From positions 1 through 64,000 of the forward strand of contig CAXXYE010000007.1 of assembly GCA_963674865.2 (NCBI GenBank): 64,000 nt of DNA. Reading direction: 5' to 3'. This stretch comes from Candidatus Hydrogenedentota bacterium (GTDB lineage Bacteria; Hydrogenedentota; Hydrogenedentia; Hydrogenedentales; SLHB01). A program made the position numbers and the translations under genes. Every line of letters starts with the position of its first letter. The stretch's first letter is position 1. The notes under the pieces were generated by a model. The model was not told the DNA's origin, searched no databases, and was given only the letters and a program-made list of their open reading frames with translations. This document shows positions 1 to 10,258 of this stretch, in pieces.

Positions 1-118
1 TGCCGTCTTTGGGCACTCGGTGCATCCAGACAACGGGGTCCTCCGCGTCCAGCACGAAGGCAGGCCCGATGGCCACGCCGGGCGACACTCCGATTCCTTG
101 AAAATGTTTTTCGCTCAT
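1..118 (-). CDS. ptsI: PTS enzyme I (PEP-protein phosphotransferase), N-terminus only; runs off the window
   Basis: Manual translation MSEKHFQGIGVSPGVAIGPAFVL matches the typical EI N-terminal GxxxSPGxAxG; lies directly downstream of HPr. Confidence 0.8.
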   Translation of the reverse strand, partial: MSEKHFQGIGVSPGVAIGPAFVLDAEDPVVWMHRVPKDG

Positions 119-127
119 CGGTCCGCG

Positions 128-397
128 CTATTTCTTCTCGCCGAAGCGTCCTTCTATCATTTCCTGAAGCCGTGAGTAGGCTTCCTCCTCGTCCGGACCC
201 TCGGTCTCCAGCGTGATGAGGCTGCCCTTGCTGGCCTGCAGCATCAGGATGCCGAGGATGCTCTTGCCGTCGACTGATACGCTGCCTTTGACGAGCCTGA
301 CTTTGGACGTGAACTCGCTCGCCAGGTGTACGAACTTGGATGCCGCGCGGGCATGCAGGCCGCGCACGTTGCCGATCTCGACCTCGCCCCGCTTCAT
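128..397 (-). CDS. ptsH: Phosphocarrier protein HPr
   Basis: GLHARAAS (His15 motif) and DGKSILGILML (Ser46 motif); 89 aa. Confidence 0.95.
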   Translation of the reverse strand: MKRGEVEIGNVRGLHARAASKFVHLASEFTSKVRLVKGSVSVDGKSILGILMLQASKGSLITLETEGPDEEEAYSRLQEMIEGRFGEKK

Positions 398-819
398 TTC
401 TCCTCGGCCGGATTCTTGCCGTTGAGTATTTCGCTGGCGACGAAGATCGACTGCTGCCCGCGGTCGCGCGCCAACCTGGCCGCCTCCACGGCGTCCACGC
501 CTTCCTGCTGCAGCGTGGCCAGCTTTATCAACATCGGCAGGTTGACGCCGGTGATCACCTCTACCTGCTTCTCCTCAAGGAAAGTAAGGCTGATGTTGGT
601 CGGCGTGCCGCCGAACATGTCGGTGAGGATGACGACGCCGTCGCCGGAGTCGAGGTCCTTGATCGCGTTCTCGATCTTCTTGCGGGCCTGCTCCATGTCC
701 TGGTTCCAGCCGATCGAGACGGGCACGGTAGACTCCATGCTCCCGCCGACGATCGTCTGCGCCGCCTTGACCAGCTCGCTGGCCAGCAGACCGTGCGTCA
801 CTACCAGGACTCCAAACAT
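394..819 (-). CDS. PTS EIIA component, mannose/fructose family
   Basis: VVTHG, LTDMFGGTP and GVNLPML motifs of EIIA-Man. Confidence 0.9.
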   Translation of the reverse strand: MFGVLVVTHGLLASELVKAAQTIVGGSMESTVPVSIGWNQDMEQARKKIENAIKDLDSGDGVVILTDMFGGTPTNISLTFLEEKQVEVITGVNLPMLIKLATLQQEGVDAVEAARLARDRGQQSIFVASEILNGKNPAEEK

Positions 820-843
820 TTTAAGCCTCACAGGGCCCGTGGC

Positions 844-1850
844 TTATTCAAAGAGCCCGGCCCCATCCTTTATCATCGTTCTCAGCAATTTCTTCTCCGA
901 GGAACGCTTGAGCCGGCGGCTGTGGCGGCGCGTCACCCGCTGCGCCACGTCCACGCCCTTGAGCTTGAGCAACTGGTTCCTCGCCGCCACTTCGACGAGG
1001 ATCGACAGGTTCCGCCCCGGAGCGACGGGCATAATAACATAGGGAATTTTTATGCCAAAGAAGCTGCAGTGCTTACGCTCCAGACCGGTACGCGAGTACT
1101 GCTCTCCGTCGCGCCATAGCTCGAGGCCGATTGCCAGCTCGATCTTCTTGCTCTCGCGCACCGCTCCCACGCCGAAGAGCTCCTTGACGTCGATCAGGCC
1201 GATGCCCCGCAGTTCCATCAAATAGCGGATCTCCTCCGGGCAGGAGCCCAGCAGGACCTCGTTCTCCACCAGCTTGATCTCGACCACGTCGTCGGCCACC
1301 AGCCGGTGCCCGCGGGCGACCAGGTCCAGGGCGCACTCGCTCTTGCCCACGCCGCTGCCGCCCTGCAGCAGCACGCCCAGGCCGAAGATGTCGAGCAGGT
1401 CGCCGTGCACGGAGGTACGCGGCGCGAGCTGGATGTCGAGGAAGTGGGTGATCAGGTCGATCACGTCGGCACTCTCCACCGGCGAGGTGAAGAGCGGGGT
1501 CTGGAAGCGGTCGGCCACTTCGCAGAGATAGTCGGGAGCGGCGGCCCGTTGGAAATCAGGAAGCAGGCGGGTTGGCACTCAAAGAGGTTCTCCAGCATCT
1601 TGGCCCGCGGTCCGGGCTTAAGCTGCTCGAGGTATTGCATCTCGGTGCGGCCGAGCAGCTGCACCCTCTCCTGGGTGGTAACCTCGACGAAGTTGGCTAG
1701 CGCGAGGCCGGTCTTCTGCACACGGCCGTTGCTGATGACCCTGCGCAGGCCGTCGGAGCCGGCCGCGAGCTTCATTCCTAGGCGCCTGGCGCCGAATTCA
1801 TAGAATTGCTGGACCGATATGGTGCGCGGTTCCTGCTCCTCACCTGCCAT
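844..1850 (-). CDS. hprK: HPr kinase/phosphorylase, frameshifted near 1545-1575
   Basis: N-terminal part in ORF 1461..1850 (GLALA, RVQLLGRTE). C-terminal part in ORF 844..1578 (GGSGVGKSECALDL, LVADD, ELRGIG, PGRN). Confidence 0.9.
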
Positions 1851-1855
1851 TTAGG

Positions 1856-2313
1856 CTAGCCTTTCTCCGCCCGGGCGATGGCGGCTATAGCCTCCTCGGC
1901 GCTGCCGGCCCGGATCACCGCCTCTCGTGCTTCCGCTTCGATGAAGATCCGCGAGGCCGCGGCCAGGGCATCGAGATGGACGTTGGGATCGCGCTTGGGT
2001 GAGATGACCACGAAGAAGATGCGCACCGGCTTGTTGTCCGGGGCGTCGGCTTCGACGCCGCTGCGCGAGATTCCGAGCGCGAAGAGGGGTTGGTCGATCC
2101 CGGCGGCGGTACAGTGGGGAAGGCGATCGCGGCGCCCATCGCGGTGCTTAAAAGTTTCTCACGGTCGATGAGGCATTCGCGCAGTCCGTCCGCGTCGAGT
2201 GCCCCGCTCTCGCGGGCCACCAGTTCGGAGAGTTCTCCGATCACTTCCTCCACGGACCTGCCCTTGAGGTCGGGCTCGACTGAGCTGGGCTTGAGGTGTT
2301 CGGATATCAGCAT
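1856..2313 (-). CDS. ptsN: PTS EIIA-Ntr-like protein, frameshifted near 2115
   Basis: DREKLLSTAMGAAIAFP(H), then in another frame LGISRSGV...DNKPVRIFFVVISP...HLDALAAASR; sits in the rpoN operon. Confidence 0.8.
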
Positions 2314-2332
2314 TCGCTCTCTATTGTCTTAC

Positions 2333-2873
2333 CTAACGGGGCTCGATGAGCCCGATGTCGCCGTCGTTGCGGCGGTAGATTACGTTGATCTCCTGGCTGG
2401 CGGCATTGCGGAAGACGATGAAGCCGTGGTCTGATCCGCGCACCTGCAGGCGGGCCTCCTCCACGCTCATCGGCTTGAGCGAGACCTGCTCGCGGTGCAG
2501 CCTCGGCTCCGAGCGAGGCTCCTCCTCGGGGGCCTCGGTCATCGGGCCTTCCCATTCGGGTTCGCGGTTGCCGCGCTTCTGGCCCTTGCGGCTCTTGATC
2601 CGCTTGCTCTGGCGGCGAGCCTGCTTAACCAGGTTGTCTATCGCCTCGTTGATCGAGGCATACATATCGGTGGTTTGCGCCGTGGCGCTGAAGCCGCCGC
2701 TCCGGGTTTTCACCGTAAGGTCGGCGATCTGGAGGTACTTCTGGACGCTGAGGGTCACATGCACAATCCATCACGCCGTTGAAGACTCTATCCAGCCTCC
2801 GCAGCTTGTTCTCTGTGAAGGAACGAAGTGCCGGCGTGATGTCGATTCCTTTTCCTCCGATGTCCGTTTCCAT
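2333..2873 (-). CDS. hpf: Long-form ribosome hibernation promoting factor, frameshifted near 2765
   Basis: DITPALRSFTENKL...DMYASINEAIDNL and C-terminal KPMSVEEA...FIVFRN...NVIYRRNDGDIGLIEP. Confidence 0.9.
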
Positions 2874-2903
2874 CTAGTCTCCTTTCAACCCCTCCGCCGC
2901 AGC

Positions 2904-4335
2904 TCAGAGGACGGACTTACGCTGCTTCGACGGGGGGATTCGCAACTCTTCGCGGTACTTGGCCACCGTGCGGCGCGCGATCTTTAGACCGTCGCGGTTG
3001 AGGATGGCCATGATCTTGCTGTCGCTGAGAGGTTTACGCGGATCTTCTTCCTCGACGATCTGCTTGATGCGCCGCTTGACGGCCAGGCTGGACACGTCCT
3101 CGCCGCTGGCGCTGCGGATCCCCGAGCTGAAGAAGAACTTGAGCTCGTAGACGCCGCGCGGGGTGTGGCACGTATTTGTTGGTGACCACGCGGCTGACTG
3201 TGCTCTCGTGCATGCCGATGTCCTGGGCGACGTCGCTGAGGATCATCGGCTTGAGGTGCTCGACGCCGCGGTCGAGGAAGTCGCGCTGCTTCCTGACGAT
3301 GCTCTCGACGACCTTGTAAATGGTCCGCTGGCGCTGCACGAAGCTCTTCAGCAGCCATTTGGCGCTGTTGAGCCGCTCGCGGACGAAGTTGCGCGTGTCC
3401 TCCTTCTCCCCTGAGTCACGCGCCAGCAGTTGCTTGTACTGGTGGTTGATGCGCAGCCGGGGCAAATCCTCCTCGTTGAGGACGATCTGGTAGCCGTCGC
3501 CGTCGCGGATGATGAATACGTCGGGCTCGACGTAGGCGCCCGTGATGGCGTTGAACTTGCTACCCGGCTTGGGATCGAGCCTGCGGATGACCGCCAGCGC
3601 GCCCTGGATGTCCTCCAGCGAGCAGTCGAGCTCGCGGGCGAGCTCCTCGTAGGCGTGACGCTGCAGGTGGCCGAGGTAATCGGCCACTATTCTGCCGGGC
3701 AGCTCGTTGGCGATCTTGAGTTGTTCGAGTTGCACCAGCAGGCACTCGCGCAGGTCGCGGGCGGCCACGCCGATGGGATCGAAGCGCTGCACCGTGTGCA
3801 GCACCTCCTCTACCTCCTCCTCGCCGGCGTCGACCAGCGCCCCAACTTCGGCGGGTGTGGCGCGCAGGTAGCCGTCGGAGTTGAGGTTGCCGATGATCGC
3901 CTCGCCGATCAGGCGGGTGCGCTCGTCGTCGACGCTCAGGTGCAGCTGCCAGGTGAGGTGGTCGGTGAGGTTGGTGGGCGTGGCCAGCGTCGCCTCGAAG
4001 GAGGGCAACTCGAAATCCTCGCGCATCGAGCGCCTGTGCTGGTACTCGATGTAGTCGGCGAAGAAGTACTCCTGGTCGATTTCTTTGAGCAGTGCCTCTG
4101 GATCGGAGTCGACACTCTCGGTCTTCTCCTCGCGGGCCGCCTCGGCGCGCTCCTTTTCCGTTACAGCCGTTTCGTTGGCGACTTCCTCCAGCACCGGATT
4201 CTCGCTCAGCTCTTCCTGAATCAGTTGTTCCAATTCGATCTTCGAAAGCTGCAACAGCTTGATCGCCTGCTGAAGACTCTGCGTCATCACCAGGTTCTGG
4301 CTGAGCTTCATATTCAGTTGTTGTCGCAGATTCAT
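2904..4335 (-). CDS. rpoN: RNA polymerase sigma-54 factor, frameshifted near 3165
   Basis: LQQAIKLLQL, GMHESTVSRV, and the RpoN box ARRTVAKYRE in downstream ORF 2904..3095. Confidence 0.95.
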
Positions 4336-4345
4336 GGCAGCTTTC

Positions 4346-5086
4346 TCAGTTCAACCTGAATTCCTCTCCGAGGAAGACCTGTCGCACCTGTTTGTCCTTC
4401 TCCAGCTCGCTCGGCGAACCGGAGCGCAGTATTTTCCCGTCGCTGATGATATAGGCCCTGTCGGTGATGTGGAAGGTCTCGCGGACGTTGTGGTCGGTGA
4501 TGAGGATGCCGATGCCCTTCTCGCGAAGCTGCATCACCAGCTTCTGGATGTCGGCCACGGCGATCGGGTCGATTCCTGCAAACGGCTCGTCGAGCAGGAT
4601 GAACGAGGGCGAGATGACCAGCGCGCGGGCGATCTCGGCCCTCCTGCGCTCGCCGCCGGAGAGGGTGTAAGCCTTGCTCTTGGCCAGGTGCATGATGCCT
4701 AGCTCGGTCAGCAGTTGGCGCAGCCTCTCGCGTCTCCGCGCCGCGCTGATGTTGAGAGTCTGCAGGATGCAGAGCAGGTTCTCCTCGACAGTCAGACGCC
4801 GGAAAACGGACGGCTCCTGAGGCAAATAGCTGATGCCGCGGCGCGCGCGCAGGTAGTGCGGCAGCGCGGTGATCTCCTCGTCGTTGAGGAAGATGCGCCC
4901 GCGAGTGGGCCGCGTCTCGCCTACAACCATGTAGAAGGTGGTCGTCTTACCGGCGCCGTTGGGGCCGAGCAGTCCGACGATCTCACCGGGCTCGACGTAG
5001 AGCGATATCTCGTCGACGACGCGGCGGCCGCCGTAGGTCTTCACCAGCTTCTCTGTTTGGAGGCGATTATTGCCGTTGCCGTTCAT
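4346..5086 (-). CDS. lptB: LPS export ABC transporter ATPase
   Basis: [49 protein letters not shown]; directly upstream of rpoN. Confidence 0.95.
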   Translation of the reverse strand: MNGNGNNRLQTEKLVKTYGGRRVVDEISLYVEPGEIVGLLGPNGAGKTTTFYMVVGETRPTRGRIFLNDEEITALPHYLRARRGISYLPQEPSVFRRLTVEENLLCILQTLNISAARRRERLRQLLTELGIMHLAKSKAYTLSGGERRRAEIARALVISPSFILLDEPFAGIDPIAVADIQKLVMQLREKGIGILITDHNVRETFHITDRAYIISDGKILRSGSPSELEKDKQVRQVFLGEEFRLN

Positions 5087-5090
5087 CTGG

Positions 5091-7439
5091 TCAGTTTGTA
5101 GTAATCCTCGTTTTCAGTAATTGATCGGCGCGGGCGTCGAACCTGAGTGTATCATTGGCGATATCGAAAGTCAATTTGTGGTGGTTCGATTCGAGGTGTC
5201 CAGCCTCTTCCAGCTTGACGTCTTTTCCTTGTACCACAAGGACTTGCTCGGCCACGTAGTACTCCGCCTTGTCGCCGGAGATCACCTTCGGGCCGATCGT
5301 CACGCGCACGTCGCCCTGGGCGTATGAGCGCTGGATCTTGCCATCGCCGCCCAGTTCGTAGCGCAGCCGCTCCGCGCTGATCTGCATGTCGCCCTCGACC
5401 GCCTGAACCTCTTTGGCCAGCCGCAGGACATCGTTTCCTTTGTCGAACTCCAACAGGCCGCTTTGCAGTTGCAGCCTGGTTGTTTCGCCCTTACTGGTAG
5501 TGTCGCCCTCTGTTTCCTTGGACTCCTTTTTCTTGCCCTGCGTTTTTTTTCGCGGCCGGAGGCGTGTTCGGGGGCGCGGTCATGGCGCCGGCGGCATCTT
5601 CCTCTGTCGCCTTCGGCACCACCAGGTTCGCCTTGGCCGAGCCCGTGGCGATCAGGCGGCTCTCGGTCATGTAGATCGTCAGCGATTCGCTGTCGATCGA
5701 GCTCTCGCCCTGCAGCACGCGCGAGCCGCCCGCGTAACGCAGCACGTTGTTGCGGTAGTCGAGCCGCAGGCTGCCGGCGGCAATGCTGGTTTCCTCCGGT
5801 TCCTCGCCGATCGCGAAAACGTAAACCTGGCTCTCGTCCTCCGGCGGGTAGAAGGTGCTATGCACGGCGCCGTCGGCGGCCAGGTCGCCAATCTCCAGGC
5901 TGACGAGCATGCTGTCGGCTGAGACGCGCTTGCCGGGATCGATAAGCAGCGGATCGCCGTCCACCTGAAGCTGCTCGTTCTCGGCCATGTAGCGCGCCGA
6001 CTTGCCGGTGATCGTGGTGTCGCCCTGCTTCATCTCGATGCCGCCCGGTCATCACCACGGTCTTGACGTCGCCGGTCTCCTGGTTGATCTCGGCGTTGAT
6101 ATCCGGCGCGGTCATGATCTTGGGCTGAGGGGGTTGCTCGCCGTCGCGGGAGGCCCTGCGGTTGGTGATCAGCTCGACGCGCATCGTCGAGAGCCCTTCG
6201 GACGTGGAAGCCCTCAGGTTCTTAAGCCCGGTTCCGCCGGGACCGATGGCGGCCTCGATGCGTTCCGCCTCGAGGCGCTTGCGGGTGGCGCCTTCCTCGG
6301 CGCGCTGCTCACCGGCGGGTACCAACTCGAGCATCGCGTCCCCCTCGGCCAGCAGGCCGGTCAGGGCGTTGTCGTCGCCGGTGGCGAACTGCAGGGTCAG
6401 CGTGCGCGACCGCAGGTTGCGGATGCCGGCGATCCTGTGCGACAGGCTAGTAGGCTCGCCCACCGGTTCTTCAGCAGTTTTCCCGGCGACGCTCTCTTCC
6501 GATTCCTCGCCTGCGTTCTCCGCCGCTTCCTCTTCAGGCTCGGGGGCCTCTCCGATCAGACGGCTGCGCACGCCGGTGGCCACCATGCCGCACGAACTGG
6601 CTATTGTCCTCGGTGAGGTCTGCGTCGATCTGCTCGGCGCGCAAGCTGCCGCCTTCCTGGTTCAGCAGCACACGTTCGCTCAACTGGACGAAGTGCTTGT
6701 CCTGGTCGAACACGAGGCGGCGGCAGGAGATCTCAGTCGGGCGCTGCTCGATCGGGGGCAGATCGGCCTCGGCGTCCTCGATGTCCTCGTCCGGTTCCTC
6801 GACCGGCTCCTCCTCCGCTTCGGTAAGTTCTAAAGCCTCAGGCTCCGGCGCGGCGTCGAGCGGTTCCGTAAGCTTGGCGTTCTCGGGGTAATAGACCGCC
6901 TCGACGCGCCCCTGCAACTCCAGCAGGCGTGTCTCGGTGGAATAGGAGAAGCTGTCCGCGCGCCCCTCGAGGTTCTTCAGTTTGAAGCGCACGGGCGTCT
7001 GCGTGAAGATGCGCTTCTGCGCGTCGACGTAGTTGAGCGTCTGGCTGGTGAGGTCGAGGCCGTCGGAGGAGACGACGCGCACGGCCCGCTGGTTGTCGCC
7101 GTGCATCTCCATGAACTCGATGTCCACGCCCTCGAAGCGCGTCTGGGCGACGACGCCGGTGATCTCGACGGTGCGCACGTCGCTGGTGTGGACCATCTTG
7201 AAGTCGCGGAAGTGCACCTCGCCGCTCTTGTAATTCTCCTGCACGGCGGCGCTGACGCTGACGGCGCCGATCTCGAGCAGGACGTCCTCCATCCTGCTGA
7301 GCAGCTCGCGCCGCAGCTCGGGGGCCTGCTCCTCGGGCTGCGAGCTGGTCTGCGGGGCCTGGATGCTGATGAAGACGTACCAGATGAACACGCCCAGGAA
7401 TAGGGCGAGCAGTATCTTCACCGTGGCCGAAGTTTTCAT
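5091..7439 (-). CDS. Large LptC/LptA (OstA-like beta-jellyroll) LPS transport protein, split over four ORF pieces
   Basis: N-terminal TM anchor and repeated OstA-like strands in ORFs 6534..7439, 5858..6586, 5491..6033 and 5091..5453; directly upstream of lptB. Could be separate genes. Confidence 0.7.
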
Positions 7440-7474
7440 ATCACTACAATTTTAACACCGTGGCGGTCAATTGC

Positions 7475-8453
7475 CTATTGCAGCTCGCTCAAGGGTGTCT
7501 CCAGGCAGGTCTCGACGAGTGCGTCGAGGATAGTTGAGCCGCCGGGTATCTCGGCTCCTGGGCAGACGATGCAGCCTCGCAGGGTGCAGCCTTCCCCCAA
7601 CTCCGCGGCACCCAGGAAGATGGTGTCCTCGATGCGACAGCCGCCGCCCAGCGACACTCCCGCGTGCACGGCGCTGCGGCGCACGTCGTTGCCGGCCACG
7701 GCCGCCGGCCTGGGGATTATGCCCTCGGCGGGCATGTGGGCGAGGCTGGCGGCAAGCAGACGGCGGGCGGAGCCGATGTCAATCCAGCTTCCATTGTACA
7801 CGTACGCTCCGATTTGTTCCCCCGCGGCCAGCATCGGCGCGTAGACGTCGCGGATCGAGTCGTAGATCTCCTGCTCGGGCGCGTAGTCGAACCACCTCGG
7901 CTCGATTACGTGCAGCCCGGCGAACATCAGACGCTCACCGCCGGCGGACTCGACACCTTTGGGCAGCCCCTCAATGCGGCGCACCATATTGCTATCGTCG
8001 ACTTCGACACCGGCATAACGCCGTTCGGGATCGCGGCGAAGCAGCAGGGTCGCAGCCGCTCCGGAGGCGCGGTGCGCCTCGGCGACTGCCCCCGCGTCTA
8101 CGTCGATCAGCACGTCGGAGTTGATCACCATGAAGGTTTCGCCGCCTAAGAAGTCGGCCACCCGGCCGATGCCCCCGCCGGTGCCGAGTACCGGGTCCTC
8201 GTGCGAGTAGCTGATCGCCACGCCCAGGCGCGAACCGTCGCCCGAGGACGGCTTCGACTGTGTGGGGCAGGTGGTGCGTGTTGACGACGATCTCGTCGAT
8301 CCCGGCCGAGCGCAGCACCTCGACGGATCGCTCGATCATCGGCACCCCGAGGAAGGAGACAGCGGGCTTGGCCAGGTAGCGGCTGATCGGGCCCATCCTG
8401 GTTCCCAGTCCGGCTGCAAGTATCATTCCTCGCATCTGATCTATCTCCGACAC
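7475..8453 (-). CDS. NDP-sugar pyrophosphorylase family nucleotidyltransferase, frameshifted near 8240
   Basis: MILAAGLGTRM...KPA, then LGTGGGI, VINSDV, WIDIGS and a hexapeptide-like C-terminus. Confidence 0.85.
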
Positions 8454-8563
8454 TGCGTCGTCTTCGTTCAGGTAATGTCAGCCCGGCGGAGGCTGAGCGA
8501 ATCGCGTCCTTGCGCCGCCGCCGCAGGCTCACGTAACATACCCGAACTTCGGGGGTGTGGGCA

Positions 8564-9532
8564 ATGGATGCGTCGCTCAAGAAGAAACTGATATTCGGCC
8601 TGGTGCTGGGCTTCCTGGTTTACGTCGCCTTCGCTTTCGTAGCCGACATGCAAAAGATCCTGGAGGCGGGCTCGGCGTTCGCCTGGCAGATCTTCCCCGT
8701 CGTCTGCCTACTCTCGATCGGCAACTACGTTGTGCGGCTCATCCGCTGGAATTACTACCTCGGCCGCCTAGGCGTCGAGCTCGAAGGCCGCAAGAGCGCG
8801 CTGGTGTTCTTCGCCGGGCTGGTCATGTCGATCACGCCGGCAAGTTCGGCGAGCTGCTCAAGAGCCAATACATCAAGAACATCAACGGCACACCGCGCCG
8901 CCGCACCGCACCGATAGTCCTCGCCGAGCGGCTTACCGACCTGATAGGCGTGCTGGTGATGGCCGCCTTCGGCGTCTTCCGCTTCCACTACGGCGAGATC
9001 GTTTTCTTCATCGTCCTGGGTGTCATCGTCGCTTCGCTCGCCGTGGTCTCCTCGCGCAGGCTCTGCCTGGGAATATTGAACCTCGCGGCGAAGATACCGG
9101 TTGTCGGCAAGGTTGCGCACAAGCTCGAGGAGACCTACGAGAGCACCGCGGTGCTGCTGCGCCCCATCCCCTTGTTCCTCTCGACCGTGATCTCGGTGCT
9201 CGCCTGGGGCTGCGAGAGCGTCGGGTTTTACCTGGTGATCAACGCCTTCCCCGGCGTACGGTCAGCTACACCGACGCGCTCTTCATCTACGCCTTCGCGA
9301 TTATCGTCGGCGCGGTGACGATGCTGCCGGCGGCCTGGGCACTACCGAGGGCACCCATGACAGGCCTGCTGCTGCTGTTGGAGGTCCTGCGGCCGTTGCG
9401 GTGGCGAGCACGCTGATCATCCGGCTGGCCACTCTCTGGTTCGCGGTGGTCATCGGGCTGGGCGTTAGCGCCGTCTGGCGGCGAACGCTCGAAGGCGGGG
9501 AAGCAGCCGAAGCGGCGGAAGAATCCGAGTAG
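8564..9532 (+). CDS. Lysylphosphatidylglycerol-synthase-TM / flippase-like membrane protein, several frameshifts
   Basis: NYVVRLIRW, ITP(G)KFGELLK and ERLTD motifs plus many TM segments spread over several frames. Confidence 0.7.
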
Positions 9533-9536
9533 TCTT

Positions 9537-10258
9537 CTAGACAGTCTTTCCGAGTTCGTCGAGCGTGAACACCTGATGCCGGCGCCAGTGTTCGTCGTCG
9601 GTCTCGGTGAAATCGGTGCGGAAGTGCGCGCCCCGGCTCTCCTCGCGCAGCAGGGCAAAGGCGGCGATCAGCTCTCCAGTCAGCGCCATGTTCCGCAGTT
9701 GCAGCCAGTCGCGGTCGGGGGCGATTGTGTCGGTCGCGGCCCGGAGTTCACGCAGCTTTGTCAGCGCCTCAGCCAAGGTGGAACCGCAGCGCTCGATTCC
9801 CACCCTACGCCACATCAGGTCCGTCAGCAGCGCGCGTTTCTCTTCCATCCACTCTGCGGTCTGGGGGCAGGGGGCGGGATCGGGGATGGGCGGCGCGTCG
9901 CCGGGCATCTCCGCGTCCGCCTCGATCATCGCCTCGCCGCAGCGCCCTCCGAACACCAAACCCTCGAGCAGAGAGTTCGATGCGAGGCGATTGGCGCCGT
10001 GCACTCCGGTGCAGGCCACTTCTCCGGCGGCGAAGAGGCCCGGCAGCGAGGTGCGCGCCCAGCGGTCGGTGCGCACTCCGCCCATGCAGTAGTGAGCCGC
10101 CGGCAGCACGAGAACCGGCTCCTTGGCGAGGTCGATGCCATAGGTCTTGAGCGTGCTGTGGATCATCGGGAAGCGGGCTTCGACGAAATCGGGATCGAGC
10201 GCGGTCAGGTCGAGCACGATGCGCTCGTCCTGCTGGCGGCGCACCTCCGCCATGCATG
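9537..10258 (-). CDS. nadB: L-aspartate oxidase, C-terminal half only (5' part missing at the junction)
   Basis: PAAHYCMGGV, GEVACTGVHGANRLASNSLLEGLVFG and REESRGAHFRTDF; the N-terminal FAD-binding region is absent. Confidence 0.9.

Noticed and set aside
844..4335. Programmed frameshifting or pseudogenes in hprK, ptsN, hpf and rpoN
   Set aside because: No consistent slippery sites; breaks affect nearly every long gene in one segment only, so sequencing error is more parsimonious.
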